From a virus (Duplodnaviria; Caudoviricetes): a stretch of DNA of 64,000 nt. The notes beneath the pieces are model-generated. The model was not told the DNA's origin, made no database searches, and saw nothing but the letters and a program-made list of their open reading frames with translations. The position numbers and the translations under genes were made by a program. Below, piece by piece: positions 11,547 to 25,410 of the stretch. The stretch is taken from positions 96,001-160,000 of IMG/VR virus record IMGVR_UViG_3300028833_000067, one strand, 5' to 3'. Within the stretch, counting starts at the first letter, position 1, and every line of letters starts with the position of its first letter.

Positions 11547-11765
11547 ATGAATACTGATAAAATTATAGATTGGTGCCTTATTGGCACATATGCAACTATC
11601 ATAGTTCTTCGATTATTTAAGGTAATAAATTTAGAATGGTGGTTAATTTTTTCTCCATTTATAATAATTGGGACTTGTAGTATTAGTATAATAGTATTAG
11701 TAACCATTTTGGCGCTTTGCACAAATCTTTATAAAAAAATTAAAAATAAAAGAGGTACAAAATGA
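11547..11765 (+). CDS. small membrane protein
   Basis: LFKVINLEWWLIFSPF hydrophobic motif. Confidence 0.6.
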   Translation: MNTDKIIDWCLIGTYATIIVLRLFKVINLEWWLIFSPFIIIGTCSISIIVLVTILALCTNLYKKIKNKRGTK

Positions 11766-12241
11766 AAGGTATTAAGATGTCTGATTGTCGGTTTTATGTA
11801 AATGAGGCCGAAAGAACGGTTGTTTGTGTAATTCCACAGTTTGTTGAAGAAGGAAACTGGCGTAATTTTACCAGTGATATGGTAACTGATTTTATTTCAG
11901 ATAATTTTACGTTTCCAGAAATTGATTTTGATTATGCAATGGAATCAAAGCTAAAAGATAAGCTAAAAATGCCCAATACATTTATGGGCAAAGCAGTTTG
12001 TTCACCAGATGACGAATGGAATGAAGAAGTCGGTAAGATGATTGCGTTTTCTCGCGCGAAAGACAAGTGCTATAAGAGCTTTTTTAGACGCGCAAATCAC
12101 TTTATACAGACCATTGACCGGCGGCTTAATGATATGATTGAATGTTTTAATAATTTTGGTCTACAACTTGAAGATAAGCATCTCCGTCTGGAAAATAAAA
12201 TCAATGAACTAGTAGATAAAAAAGAAAGTGGGGATGCTTAA
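11762..12241 (+). CDS. hypothetical phage protein
   Basis: GKAVCSPDDEWNEEVGK.IA motif. Confidence 0.7.
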   Translation: MKGIKMSDCRFYVNEAERTVVCVIPQFVEEGNWRNFTSDMVTDFISDNFTFPEIDFDYAMESKLKDKLKMPNTFMGKAVCSPDDEWNEEVGKMIAFSRAKDKCYKSFFRRANHFIQTIDRRLNDMIECFNNFGLQLEDKHLRLENKINELVDKKESGDA

Positions 12242-12882
12242 AGCATCCCCTTTATTGTTTCTAATGCATTTGCCACTATATCCCTTACTCGCTCTAAATT
12301 AGTTTCCTATTTAATTTCCAATTTCTTTAATGTCGTATGCGGATAATAGAAACTTAATATTTCCCGATAATCTACCCCATGCGCGCCAGCGTATTTACAT
12401 CCTGCCTAACTAAGACCAATACCATGCCCGTTTTTTCTTTCTCCTGAAGCTTCTGTCCACTTGTCTTTTCGGGCAATTAAATATGGGCGCTTACTGCCCC
12501 AGACTTCTTCACAAGAGTAGGTTCGGCCGCCATTAGAATGAGAGAAGTAGGCACCAATATATTTTCCACCATAAGTAAGCACTTCTCCCGCGGTAGCTTC
12601 AACAGCTTTATTACAATTTTCATAATTATTTCTCTCGGCGCGAAAAGCCTATGCTTTTGAGGCGCTATCACTAATTATTTTGCCGCTAAGAACTCCACGC
12701 GCAACCGCAAAAGTTCTCGCGGCAACAGCCTAGGCTTTACATGCTTCAATTGAAGCATTACCAATTTCAGAAGCAACTACGCATTTAATATAATCTTCTA
12801 ATTCAATTTCTTTAATAGTATCTTTTTTACACCCATAATATTTCATATTCCCAGCTGTTGTGATTTTGACTTTAATTTTCAT
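12238..12882 (-). CDS. SpoIID/LytB-domain lytic transglycosylase-like protein (TAG-recoded)
   Basis: LEDYIKCVVASE...EACKA(TAG)AVAARTFA and GHGIGLS(TAG)AG...ILSFYYP; both TAGs fall on conserved SpoIID Gln positions. Confidence 0.85.
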
Positions 12883-12959
12883 ATACATCACCTCATTGTA
12901 TAAGTATTTGACTTATATTAAAATTATGGTATAATTTTGTTATAGAAAGGAATGAGATT

Positions 12960-13289
12960 ATGCAGTATTCTGAAATTGTAGAAAAGGTTCGTAATAATGA
13001 AGGTTTAGCTTCAAAAGATATAACTGGTTTTCAATTAATTAGACTTTTACAAGACAAAGAAATTAAAGATGTCGTATATTGTGGCAATAGATTTGAAATA
13101 AATTTTATTCCAATTACATTTACATGGGAACCGTATGTATTAAAAGAAGAAGACTTGCCTACTTTTCAGGATGGAGAAAAAATACTTGAGTATTGGATTC
13201 ATTGTTATGATGCAAAGAAAGCTATATATATACAAATTGAAAAAGAATATTTTGAAATAATAGTAGATTTATTGGAGAGCGCTTTATGA
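12960..13289 (+). CDS. hypothetical protein
   Basis: Follows promoter at 12908 and an RBS. Confidence 0.65.
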   Translation: MQYSEIVEKVRNNEGLASKDITGFQLIRLLQDKEIKDVVYCGNRFEINFIPITFTWEPYVLKEEDLPTFQDGEKILEYWIHCYDAKKAIYIQIEKEYFEIIVDLLESAL

Positions 13290-13711
13290 ATAAACGATAT
13301 TTTAAGTTTGCCCGAGAAGCCGCCATGCAATCAACATATATTGGATCGCATAAGTTTTCTCCCGCAATTGGCGCAGTAGCCGTATATAAAAAGTCCATTG
13401 TTGCGGCTGGGTGGAACTCTAATAAAACTTCTCCTTTACAAGCGCGATATAATGTATATAGATATAAAGACGATGGAAATACCTTAGCAAAAAATCATGC
13501 CGAAACATCGCTTGTGCAAAAATTAAGATGGAAATTTGGTGATTCTATTGAGTGGAACAAGGTACATATTTATTTGTATAGAGAGTATGCAGATGGGAGC
13601 CTTGCGCCAAGTAGATGCTGTGAATCGTGCATGGCGATGTTAAAAGAACTTGGGATTAAAAAAATTTGTTATACTACGGAAGTTGGATATGCTGAAGAAA
13701 AATTTAAATAA
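13286..13711 (+). CDS. CMP/dCMP-type zinc deaminase family protein
   Basis: IGAVAV, HAE and C..C motifs, 'LKELGIKKICYTT'. Confidence 0.75.
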   Translation: MNKRYFKFAREAAMQSTYIGSHKFSPAIGAVAVYKKSIVAAGWNSNKTSPLQARYNVYRYKDDGNTLAKNHAETSLVQKLRWKFGDSIEWNKVHIYLYREYADGSLAPSRCCESCMAMLKELGIKKICYTTEVGYAEEKFK

Positions 13712-13737
13712 TGCGGCTTGAGGCCGTATTTTTTTTA
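13712..13737 (+). terminator. intrinsic terminator
   Basis: TGCGGC-TTGAG-GCCGTA + T tract. Confidence 0.65.
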
Positions 13738-13843
13738 TTACTAGAATTAAAAAGTATTATTGTTTGCTTTTAAATATACTAAACTGTTAGAAAGAGTTTT
13801 ATACTCTTTAACTTTGAAATTTGAGAAAAAGGAGGTAAAAGGT

Positions 13844-16800
13844 ATGGCGTATGATGTATAGACTTGGATTCCGGGAACAGCAATTACTCAGGATAGAATG
13901 ACTCACATTGAAAATGGTATTGCTACGGCATAGACCACAGCTGATAATGCTGTTTCACAGACAGATCCTACGTATAAAAACTTAAAAGATGATGTCAATA
14001 CATTAAAAGATGATATAAATGCAGAATCATATGGCTTAAAAGGTAAAGTTGATAGAGTTTCTTCTTAGGCAACCAATGCAGTAAAAACTGCTAACGAAGC
14101 ATTAGGGCAGATTACTGCAGCAACAACTGGAATTGATCCGAATAAATATCCAAATTTAGCTACGCGTTTAGATACGATGGACGGTGTTAGTACTAATATT
14201 GGCACTGAATTGACACGAACACAAAAGAGTTTAACAATTGTGCAATAGAATGTTGATAATGCTAAACGTTTGGGTATGCCTAATGATACATTAAGTGATC
14301 GTTTTAATTTTATAGAAACTGAAGTATCATCTGTTAAGAGTAATTATACAGCTGCCAGTGGTAGTCCAATTTAGCAAGGTAGTGAACAAGTTCAAAGATC
14401 ACTAAAAGAACGCTTAGATAATATTGATAATGATAGCAAACCTTCTCGTACATTACCCAATATTATTACTGAAATAGACGCCGCTCATAGAACTGATAAT
14501 GACACGTTAAATGCACGTTTTAGTGCAATTGAAACTGAAATTTCGGCTGCTCGTGGAAGTCAAAGTGATTTAGATACAAGACTAGATAATATTGATAATA
14601 GTATTAGTAGCGGTATTAGTAGTTTAAATGAAAGTAAGGTTAATAAAAGTGATATTGTTAATAATCTAGATGCCACTGTAAGTGGCAGTGTATTAGATGC
14701 TGTTCAAGGCAAAGAATTAAAAGATCGTATTACTTCTGTAGCAAGTAGAGCAACTGCTTTAGAAACAAATGTAAATACTATTGCAGAAGAACTTGCTATG
14801 GTTGATGGTAACGCAATTAAAAATACTAATACTCGTATTGATGATTTAGATACTAATGTTAATAGTTTAGACACTCGTTTAACCGGACTTGATGACTCTG
14901 AAACAGGACGTATGAAGGTAGCAGAAGATGCTATTGAAACATTAGAAGCAAACCTAGGTTCTGGCTTCGACAGTACTAACACTGTTGCAAAGAAAATTAC
15001 AGATGCTATCTCTGCTGCGGCAGCAGATGCTACCGCGAAAGCAAACGCCGCATAGGCATATGCAGATGCAGGTCTTGCAAATAAAGCAGACACTACTTAT
15101 GTAAATACCTAGCTTGCATCAAAGGCAAATGCTTCTGATGTGACAAGCGCACTAGAGGGAAAGGCAGATAAAGCCACTGTAGATGCTATTAGTACTACTA
15201 TTGTAAAAATAAACAAAGAAGTAGCATATACAAATGGAGTACCTAGCAATACTCAAACTTGGAATATTGAGGACAAGAATGATTATTTATTATAGGCTGA
15301 AGATGATAAGTACTATTATTGGAAGCATATTAATAATGAATGGCATTTAATGGGCGGCGCAGGTGGCGCTGGTAATAACAATGCTGTTACCTATGAATCT
15401 GAAAGTGAATTTAATACTGCAACCGCGAATGACAAAGATGAAAATACTGATTACTATGTCTTTGAAGAAGAAGTTGGCTATCATCATTATCGTTTTGTTT
15501 ATAATGAAACTGATGAATTATGGACTAAGATTGAAATCGGTGCGGCTGCGAATATTGACATTGCTAATATTAAGAAATATAATATCATTAAACGTAGTAC
15601 GACTAAAAAAGATGACAATGATCAAGATGTTCCTGTTAATTATCTTGATCTATATGAATATGATTATGGAGTTACCAATGAAGATAATTTTAATCCATCT
15701 GAAACTGGCGTAAAACTTCTTACATCAGTTGAACTTCCTATGGGTGGAGGTGGTGGTAGCACTGAATCCGTGATGGATGTACGTCGTATCACTCCTTATA
15801 GTGTTACCGCAGTACAAAAAACTACTGATGTTGTACCATTGCAATTCTTCTTCACTACAGGCGATGTAAGTGGCAGTGGTTTCTACAACTTAACTGTAAC
15901 TCATGATAATAAGACTACCAGCTTAATTGAGCGCGAGGAAATCCTTAGTGGTGATCCAGTAAATGCGTCTTATTCATGGCCAACTAAAGAGATTGAAGTT
16001 GATGGTGAAACTGTTACTGTTGCTATGGAACCAGATGATCCAAACTTACCAGTAGGTTTCTACCAAATCGATATTGGTCCATACTGTACTGAAACTGGCG
16101 TAGATTATATTTATACTCTATCTGTTTTCAATGCTGAAGATACTTCTCAAAACAAGAAACCAGCATGGAGTGTTCGTGTTATTAATCTATCTGTTTCTTC
16201 TCTATATTCTGATAATACAATTCTAAATCTTGGTACAGGAACAACCTTTACTTACATTCCTGTAGGTAATATTGAAAAAACTGCACACATTAAGATTGAT
16301 GGTGTAGAAGTTGCTACTCGTAATTTAGCACGTACTGATCAGAATAAAGAATTTACCTATGATATTGCGGCGAAGAATGTTGCGGGCGTACACTCTGTCG
16401 AAATGTATTTAAGTGCGCGTGTTAGCGGCAAAGATGTCTATTCTAATCATATTTTCAAAGATATTATTTGGAGAGATCCTACAGCTGATACGATTTTCAT
16501 TTCTTCTCCGTATCGTGATAGATCAGAGCGTATTGCTTTACAGCAATATAAAACTATTACCATTCCGTATACTTTGGCTGGTAATATTAATAATAACTAC
16601 ACAGTTCAATACTATGTAGATAGTTTTGATAATTTAATTAATGAAGAAACCTTTGTCAATAATAATATTGGTTCTTGGACTTATCGTGCTACTGACGCTG
16701 GTGATCATGATTTAATTATCAAGTGCGGTGAAACCTATATTACAATTGAAGTAGCAGTTGAATCTCTTCATAATATTGATATTTCTCCTGTTGTTTCTAA

Positions 16801-19800
16801 CTTAGCAATTGACTTTAATCCAATTGGTATAAATAACAATTCTACTAATCGTGAATGGAGCAATGGTAATTACCATTTAACTGTATCTAATAACTTTGAC
16901 TGGTATAATGGTGGTTATGGTAGTGATGCTACTGGTAGTTACTTCCTTGTTAAGGCAGGTACTCGTGCGTACTTTGATTATAAAATGTTTAAGAGTTATC
17001 AGCACGCTGTTGGTGAGAATACTTACGAAACTCGCAGCGCAGTATTCCGTGATGGCGCAGAAATGAAAATCATCTTCAAGACTGCGGCAGTTCGTGACGC
17101 GGGCGCAACTTGGTTTACTAACATGGGTAAAACTAGTGAAAGTGACGCAGCAAAAGAAGTTGGTATTCAATTGAAAGTTCATGAAGGTTGGTTAAGAACT
17201 GATTCTGCTTCTGATAAAGAAATTAATGGAGTCGCCGCAACCAATACCTACTTATACTTCCCATATTCTGAAGAAGATAAGATTGAACTTGATATTAGTA
17301 TTAACAAACAGGCTGATGCTGCAACTAAGGGTCTCTTCTTAATGTCTTATGAAGATGGTTGCCCAAGTAAAGCATATCCTTACAGTGTTACTGAAGCTTT
17401 ATATCATACTACTAATGATGAATCCATTATTACAATTGGTTCCGATGACTGTGATGTTTACATTTACAGATTCAAGATTTATACTACAGCACTTGACACT
17501 GAAGATGTATTACGTAACTTCATTGCTGATGGTAAAGATGTTGAAGAAAGTATTAGCCGTTATGAACGCAATAGTATTTATTGGAACACTCAGAATGCAT
17601 CCTATACTCCTTATGAAGGTGAAGATACCGTTCTAGATCCAGAACGTCTTGCTGTAAAGATGCCTGATGTTAAAATCTTAATGTTAGATACTCCTCATTT
17701 CACTACCAGTAAGAAAGATTTCGTTGCTAACTCTAGTTTACGTTGTATTCATGCGCCAGGTGGTAAGGTATATCCAAGTCGCGGCAAGGAAGATAACTGG
17801 CTATTCTATAACGGTTATCATGCTGGTCAAGGCACAACTTCTGACAAGTATGGTAATGCTGGACGTAATGTTGACTTCTTATTTGAATGCGATGGCATAC
17901 ATAATCCTTCTGATAAGGTTAAGGATGAAAAATTCATTCCTAATTATCAATCCGCATTAATTCGCGGCTATGGTACTGATGAAGCAGAAGAACCTACTTA
18001 CTGTTTAGATTGGAAGGACCAGGATACATGGCAGCCAAATACTGATTATACTTTACTATATACTATGTCTGATGATAGTACTCATCCAATGTTAGTACGT
18101 TATAATGGCAAAGTATATAAGTGTTTAGAAGCACATACAAGCGGTGAAACCTTTGATGCGACCAAGTGGGAAGAACAAGAAGGTTACTCTAGTAAGGTTT
18201 CTTTAACTAGTACCTCTATTCCAAATAACTTCTTCAATTTAAAGGTTAATATCGCATCTTCTGAAAATGTTAATAATGCATTACTACAGAAGAGATACAA
18301 TGACTATCTTACTTATCTATCTCCAGCTTATATGCGTGATCGTCGCATTAAGAATGATATGGAATTTGTTCCTGCACTATTATTTGTGCGTGAAAATGAT
18401 GAAGAACATACTACTGAGATGATTGAGGGTAATGAAGTCATTAACTATACTAACCACAAAGAGTTTAATGATACAAACTGGCATTTCTATGCATTAGGTA
18501 ATATTGGTGACTCTAAGAAAACCGACTACACTCGTGCATATGATCCAACTGATATTAATGAATTTACTCTTGAAATTTCTGATAACAATACCAATAACTC
18601 TCAGTTCTAGTCTGGTGTTTACTACTCTACTATTTATTATGATAGTGTAGAAAGCCCAGTAGTTGCTGATATCGGTAAGTATTATGAAGCTGATGGGGAA
18701 GTCACTCTAGTAGAGGACGAATCCAATCGCTACACTGGTACTTTCGTATTAACAACCGATACTGAAATTGATAATGGTAAGACCTATTATGTACAAGCTC
18801 GTATGATTGAAGCATATCATGCAGAACAAGATAAAGACGATGACGGTACTTTACTTGATACTTTCACCGCTAAATCTGATGCAGGCGAGAGTGTACAGCC
18901 TATGGCTTATGCCTTCCCAATTACAATGGAAGAATGGGCAGGCTTAGATGAAAATGAAGAGCCTCGAAACATGAGATATTGGTCATTATATAACGAAGAA
19001 TTTGATGGTGATCACTCCTTTGAAATGCGTTATGCATATTATGGTAACTATCGTGATGGTAAATTAGTTAATGGTAATAAGGCAGAATCTGAAGCTGTAC
19101 GAAAACGTAATAGCGATGTATGGCGCGCTTTCTACACTTGGCTAATAACTGCAACAGATGAAGAATTTGTTGAACAACTAGATGAGTGGGTAGTAAGGCG
19201 CTCAGTAGCATTCTTCTATGCCTTTACTCATTATTATACCATGATGGATAACCGTGCAAAGAATACATTCTGGCATTTCGCAAAGACTGGTAAACACCGT
19301 AAGGTGCTACATCCTATGAAGGAAATGATTCATACTTATGATGAAAATCCAAGCGGCGATGCTGTAGCTGATGCACAGGATGCAGATATTTGGAATGGTA
19401 CATTCGTTCGTACTTCTGATACCGACCTTGACCCTGAAAAGCAATACTATACCGAATACGCTTTCGATATGTGGGTATATGACTGTGATACTGCTATTGG
19501 TATTGATAATAACGGTGAATTAGTATTCCCATATGGTAAAGAAGATACTGACTATCGTATTGATGGCGATGCTTCTTCTTCCTACGTATTTAATGGTGCA
19601 GGCTCCATCTTTTGGCGCCGCTTAAGTAAGAGCTGTAATAGTGATATTGTTAGCGCATTTACTGGTGCAAATGAAAGATGTTTCAATGCAGAACATTTGA
19701 TTCAAGAGTTCGATAAGGTACAAGGATGTTATCCAGAAGCAATCTGGAGATTAGATGTAGAACGTAAGTATATTCGTTCCTTCACCGGTGACTACGGATA

Positions 19801-22800
19801 CACTAAGGCTAACCCATATCAAAAGGTATTCCTTACCCGCCAAGAAACTCGTTTCTTACGTGATATGATGCAAGGCCGTAAGAAATATCAACGTCGTCAA
19901 TGGTGTAAAGATCAAGATGTTTACTTTGGTAGTAAATATTTACTTCCAAATGTATTCGCTGATCTATTTGAGTTCTCTTGTTATAATCCTGGCGGCATGG
20001 CTGTAACACCGAACTGGGATTTAACAATTACTCCATATCAGGATATGTACATTAATATATCCTATGCTGAAACGTTTGCCCGTCCTTTCCGTGCAAAAGC
20101 TGGTAAAACATATGAGTTTAAATCTATCTTAAATGATATGAATGATTCTCGTATTCGTATTTATGGTGCAAATCATATTCAAGCTCTAGCAGGTAAAGCA
20201 ATCCGTGATGCGGAAACGGGTGAAATTATCGGTGCTGAAGGTCTTGCTTCTTTCTACATGAAGGCAAACAACTTCCAGCATACACATAAATTACGTAAGT
20301 TAATCATTGGTACTCCTAACACTGCTTATGAAAATGGTAACTTTACTACACTTAATATTACAGATGACAACCCAATCCTTGAAGTTTTAGATATCTAGAA
20401 TTGCAATAACTTAGGTGGTCAACTTCCTTTAAGTAAGAGCACTTCTATTCAAAGAATTGAAGCACAAGGTACACAGATTACCTCTGTTAACTTACCTCCT
20501 AACACTGGTATACAAGTACTCCACTTACCAGAAACAATTAATAACATTACTCTATACTCTGCAAAGAGCCTACAAGAAATCACCTTAAAAGAGCGTGATG
20601 GAACAGTTAATACTTCTAATCTAACTACCTTATTAGTTAATGACAGTGACTACTCTTCAGTAAACGGTGAACTGCCAACCGTTAATTGGATGAAACTCGC
20701 GGCAAGTGCCTTGAGTCATATATCTAGCTTACAGTTAATTGGTTTAAGATCCGCTTACATTGGAAACATTTCTGACTTAGAACCTTTTGCTATGCGTAAG
20801 AATCAGTTAGGTACTACCACTAATGAAGCTGGTGACGAAATCTACAGAGTGTGGTTAAGTGGTCAAATCGCAGTTACTGGCGCATGGTCACAAATTGAGA
20901 TAGATGATTATCAGTCTATCTGGCCCATAACTTTTACAACAATTCCCGCTAAGGAGCAATAGAAAGTTAAAGTAACTTATATGGAGAGCGCGCATTGGGA
21001 AGGAAATACTTGGGTAGAAGCACAACAAATAGGCGACTCTATATATGTTGCAGCAACTGGTAAAGATAGCGATCGCACTATCCCCGATATTTATTATGGT
21101 TAGCAGCTTAGCGATTTACCAACTAGACCTTCTACTATTGATGAAGTATTCTCTTTTGGTGAAATTTTAGATGGACAATATTTAATGTATTCTGGCTGGT
21201 CTAAAACTCAAGGGCCTAATGCTGTTCCATTGAATAGTTTAAATGGCGGCAACTATGGTATTAATAATTTATATAGAGCTACTTCAAATGATGTTGAAAC
21301 AGGAATTACATTATATACTTATTATAAAGCATCAGCACATAAGTATACTGTAAGATGGTATTTAGATGATAATACTATAGTTAAATCCATGAGTAATCAA
21401 GATGCACATGGTGGATATACTCTAGAAGCTCCTACTGTTAAAGAAATGAGAACAGGTGTTGTTGATTATTCTAATAAATTAGCTTCATATTCCTTTAAAG
21501 ACGATACAGTAACTTATAAAATTTTTGATGGATGGGAGAAACTTCCTACTGATATTAGTCCAACATTAAAAGAATCAGATACTAGTATATATCGTATTGA
21601 TGCTAAATGGTATGAGGAGACTAAGTCGCTAACTGGAGAAAATGGTCTATTTAAAGATACATCTAATCTTACATTAGATTAGCTATATATCTTATCTCAT
21701 ATGGATAGCTCAATGAAAAATAGTTTTACAGATAGTAAGCAAATTACTATTAATTAGAAATTTAGTTATACAATGGGATATGATGGATTAAAAGATGGTT
21801 TGGTATTTGCTAATAATAAAAACTTTATTAATAGCCCAGCTACTCTCATTGCCGGTGAATATGCTACTGTTAATGGACAACGTATTGCTCCTTTCTCTAA
21901 TAATGATGGCTTTACTATTGCAATAGATTATCAATTTGATAAAAATTAGAATTTAAATTCTAAAGCCGCAGTATTAGTAGGCTGTTATAATAAAAATGAA
22001 GGAAATATTACTGGTTTTGCACTTTATCGAAATGGTGCTTCAACTGGTGAAGTACGTATAGGATATGGAGATTTTATTAATGACAGTAATAAATCTAAAG
22101 TTATTAATAATAGTGGTGCACGAAATATTGTTGTTATACGTCATCCAAAAGGATCATCAATACTATATATTTACTCCAGCGCAGCAAAGAATGATATTAC
22201 TGCTATTAATTTACCAAACGTAGAATCAATTGATGTCAATACACAATTAATTGATAACAATGCATTTATTTGTTTAGGGAATTTACGTACTGATATTAGT
22301 GGCGATTCTGCTCTTTCTGATAATCCTTCTTATACTAATGAAATTAATAATGCCGGTAATGCATACGGAACTATTTATTGGGCAAAATATTGGCCAGAAG
22401 ACTTGGGTGCTGGTGAATGTAAACAACTAGCTGCGTGGCCGCATGAATCTATGACTTCTATGATTGCCGCGATAGGTTCTAATCAAACAACTCTTCCAAA
22501 CATTTATTTAAGCAATCTAAATGCTTCTCAGCATGCTTCAGTATAGCCACGAACATTAGGGAATACTACAGCAGAGCTTGGATGGGGTAATTCTGGAATT
22601 AAGTAGATTTGTGATAATCGTATTTTTGCTGGTTTACCAATAAGAATGCAATCTATTATAGGTAAGATTAATATTGGTTATTATAATTCATATGTTACTC
22701 TTGATGAATATAATGCGCCAAGTTATGGTATAAATAATAATCTATTAACTGATGGGGCCTTTGTATATGTTCCTTCTATTAGTAGCTTAACATCTAGTAT

Positions 22801-23422
22801 GAATACATATAATAAGGAATCAATAGTTGAACGTACTGGAAATTCTAGCAATGATACCAGTGATATTACTCCTTATCCATGGTTAAATACTCCAATATAG
22901 ATTTATGATTGGAATATAAATACAGAAACGCATTGGGTAAAATCAGATATGGTTAGTAACTCTAATTATCTTAATATTCGATTCGCAAATAAATCTTTAT
23001 TATCTTTAGGAAAAGATAATAATTTAAGAATTTTCTGTATTAATGCTCCTAATCCCACTTTAATTAATGGTAGAATATATGATGAAATTAATTCTAATAT
23101 TACTGATGGTATAAAAACAAATGATATTGTCATATTAAATAATATTGCTTATTTGTATATAAGTAGTACTGATTATACTCCTTATGTCATGGATATTGTT
23201 AGTTCCAATACTGACTCTAGACTTAATACAAATGGTAATGGTGGATGGATTAAAAGTATAGCTTATCCAACTCGTTCAGTTTCTTATGGTAACCAATAGA
23301 GCAATTTTATTTATATTAAATAGGATGGTAATATGGTGGTTCCAAGTAGTGGAAGCGATTAGGCATATAATCAAAGTAGCTTTGATAGTAAGCTAAATTT
23401 AACTTATGCATACACAATTTAA
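13844..23422 (+). CDS. giant (~3192 aa) virion/tail protein: coiled-coil N-terminus, beta-rich domains, CBM5/12-like module, CotH-kinase-like core, LRR-like region (TAG-recoded)
   Basis: GGAGG RBS; ORFs 14798, 15350, 18803, 20690, 21185, 22646 and 22949 share one frame and end at TAGs; MMDNRAKN..YDCDTAIG CotH-like motifs; VRYNGKVYKCLEAHTS. Confidence 0.8.
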
Positions 23423-23430
23423 CGTTAAAT

Positions 23431-23461
23431 GGAGGCGGCTATTTTTAGCCGCCTCCTTCTT
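23431..23461 (+). terminator. hairpin / probable terminator
   Basis: GGAGGCGGCTA-TTTT-TAGCCGCCTCC-TTCTT. Confidence 0.55.
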
Positions 23462-23473
23462 GGAGGTAATAAC

Positions 23474-24211
23474 ATGAAATATTTTAAAATCATAAAAGAT
23501 AACACTATTATTGGTGCAGTTACTTCTTAGAGCTTTGTACGTTATTAGCCTGAAACTGGTAGTTTTACTAGAGCAACAGAAGAAAATGGAGAATATTTAG
23601 CTTATAACGGTTATTTTTATAGGGCTACTTGGATGGTACCAATGATTAAAACAATATCTCATATTGATGCATTAATACTTGCTATTAGTGAAGAAGAATA
23701 TAATATTTATATGGATGCTATTTCTAATCATGAACAGTTGCCTGATGAAGAAGTTATTCCTATAGAACCTGATGAGCCAACTCCAGTTGATCCAATAGAA
23801 CAATTATCTATAGATTTTATTCGCTCTTCTAAATTAAAAGAACTGTCTATAGCTTGCCGCCGCGCCATTGAAAATGGAATTGATCTTACTATTCGTGGTG
23901 AAACTAAACATTTTTCACTAACAGCGCAAGACCAACTTAATCTAATGGATCTTAAAACTCTAGTTGAAACTGAAGACTTCATTCCTTATCATGCTGATAA
24001 TGAAGAACAAATGTTCTATACCGCAGCAGAAATAAAACAAATTATTGCCGCAGCATCTGCGCATAAAATTTATCAAACAACTTATCATAATTCTTTAAAA
24101 ACATATGTAAATAGTTTAGAGACAATAGAAGAAATATCTGCTATTACATATGGAATTTCTATTCCAGAAGAATATAAGACTGAGGTACTAAAAACCCTTA
24201 AAACTGAATAA
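23474..24211 (+). CDS. DUF4376-like tail assembly protein (TAG-recoded)
   Basis: HFSLTAQDQLNL...PYHAD...HKIYQTTYHNSLK. Confidence 0.65.
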
Positions 24212-24225
24212 CGGGGGTGATGTCT

Positions 24226-24585
24226 ATGGCGAATAAAATTGCTGCTGTAGCATTATAGTATAGCAAGTGGCTTAGTCGTTTTATTTGTTGGATTTGGGCT
24301 ATTTATCGTTTTGCGACCTTAATTGGTTCAATAATTCGGCCCGAAGCCGCGGAAGCTTTAGCTTCAACTCTATATAATTTAGATTGGATTATGCTAGTTA
24401 ATGAGGGTACTTATTTAGTTAATAGTCTTGGGGAAAAATATCTTTATAGCGATAAGTTTATTCTTAGATGGCTAGATAAAGGCGGCCTAAAAAATATGAT
24501 TGGACGTGTAACTTCATTGCGGCATGAACCTAAAGAAGATGAACAAGTGTATGAAGAAGAAGAAGAAGGTGAGGAAAATGGCTGA
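24226..24585 (+). CDS. membrane protein in lysis module (holin-like candidate)
   Basis: Hydrophobic segments, acidic tail, directly upstream of lysin. Confidence 0.5.
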
Positions 24586-25378
24586 TATAAAACCATCTGC
24601 ATTAATTGCTAAATTTTAGTATGCCCTAGATAATAAATGGGGCTATATTTTAGGACAATGGCATGCATAGTGGACACAAGCATTGTAGAATTAGAAAATT
24701 AATTATATAAAAAGTAAATATGGAGATGGCTGGAAAACCAGCTCTAGCGCCAAGAGAGATAAATATTATTATGCCGCTCTTTACGGCGCAAAATGGATCG
24801 GCCATTGGGTCACAGATTGCTCTGGTTTATTTTACTGGGCTTTTAAAGAACTTGGTGGGTATATGTACCATGGTTCTAATACAATGTGGAATAAATATTG
24901 CGTGGCTAAAGGTAAATTATCTGGCGGAAAACGTACTGATGGCAATGAATTAAAGCCGGGAACCGCAGTATTTGTTCTCAAGGGAACTTCTGATCGTTCT
25001 CATGTGGGCTTATATATTGGCGGCGGTAAAGTTATTGAAGCTTCTGGTACATAGGCCGGTGTTTGTTATAGTAATGTGAGCGATAAAAAATGGGCAGAAT
25101 GGGGAGAATTAAAAGGAGTTGATTATAAGAGTATAAACTCAGAAGTTGAACCTACTCCTAGTACTCCATTAACACCAATAGAGCCCGGCCCTATAACTAT
25201 AGGTTCTGCACTAGTTAATGCTACCAGAGTTGCTTTACGTTCTGCTCCTTCTACCAGCGCAACAATTCTTACTCGCGTAGATAAAGGCGAGAGAGTATAG
25301 GTATTAGATGATGAATGGACTCGAGTTTCCTATCAAGGGAAAACTGGATATATGATGAGTAAATTTTTAACTCGATAA
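24578..25378 (+). CDS. NlpC/P60 endopeptidase (endolysin) with C-terminal SH3b (TAG-recoded)
   Basis: WGYIL...VTDCSGLFYWAF...HVGLYIGGGKVIEA; VALRSAPS...W..V.Y.GKTGYMMSKFL; several in-frame TAG. Confidence 0.85.
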
Positions 25379-25380
25379 AA

Positions 25381-25410
25381 TAGTGGGCAATTAAAGCCCA
25401 CTATTTTTTT
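25381..25410 (+). terminator. intrinsic terminator
   Basis: TAGTGGGC-AATTAAA-GCCCACTA + T tract. Confidence 0.75.
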
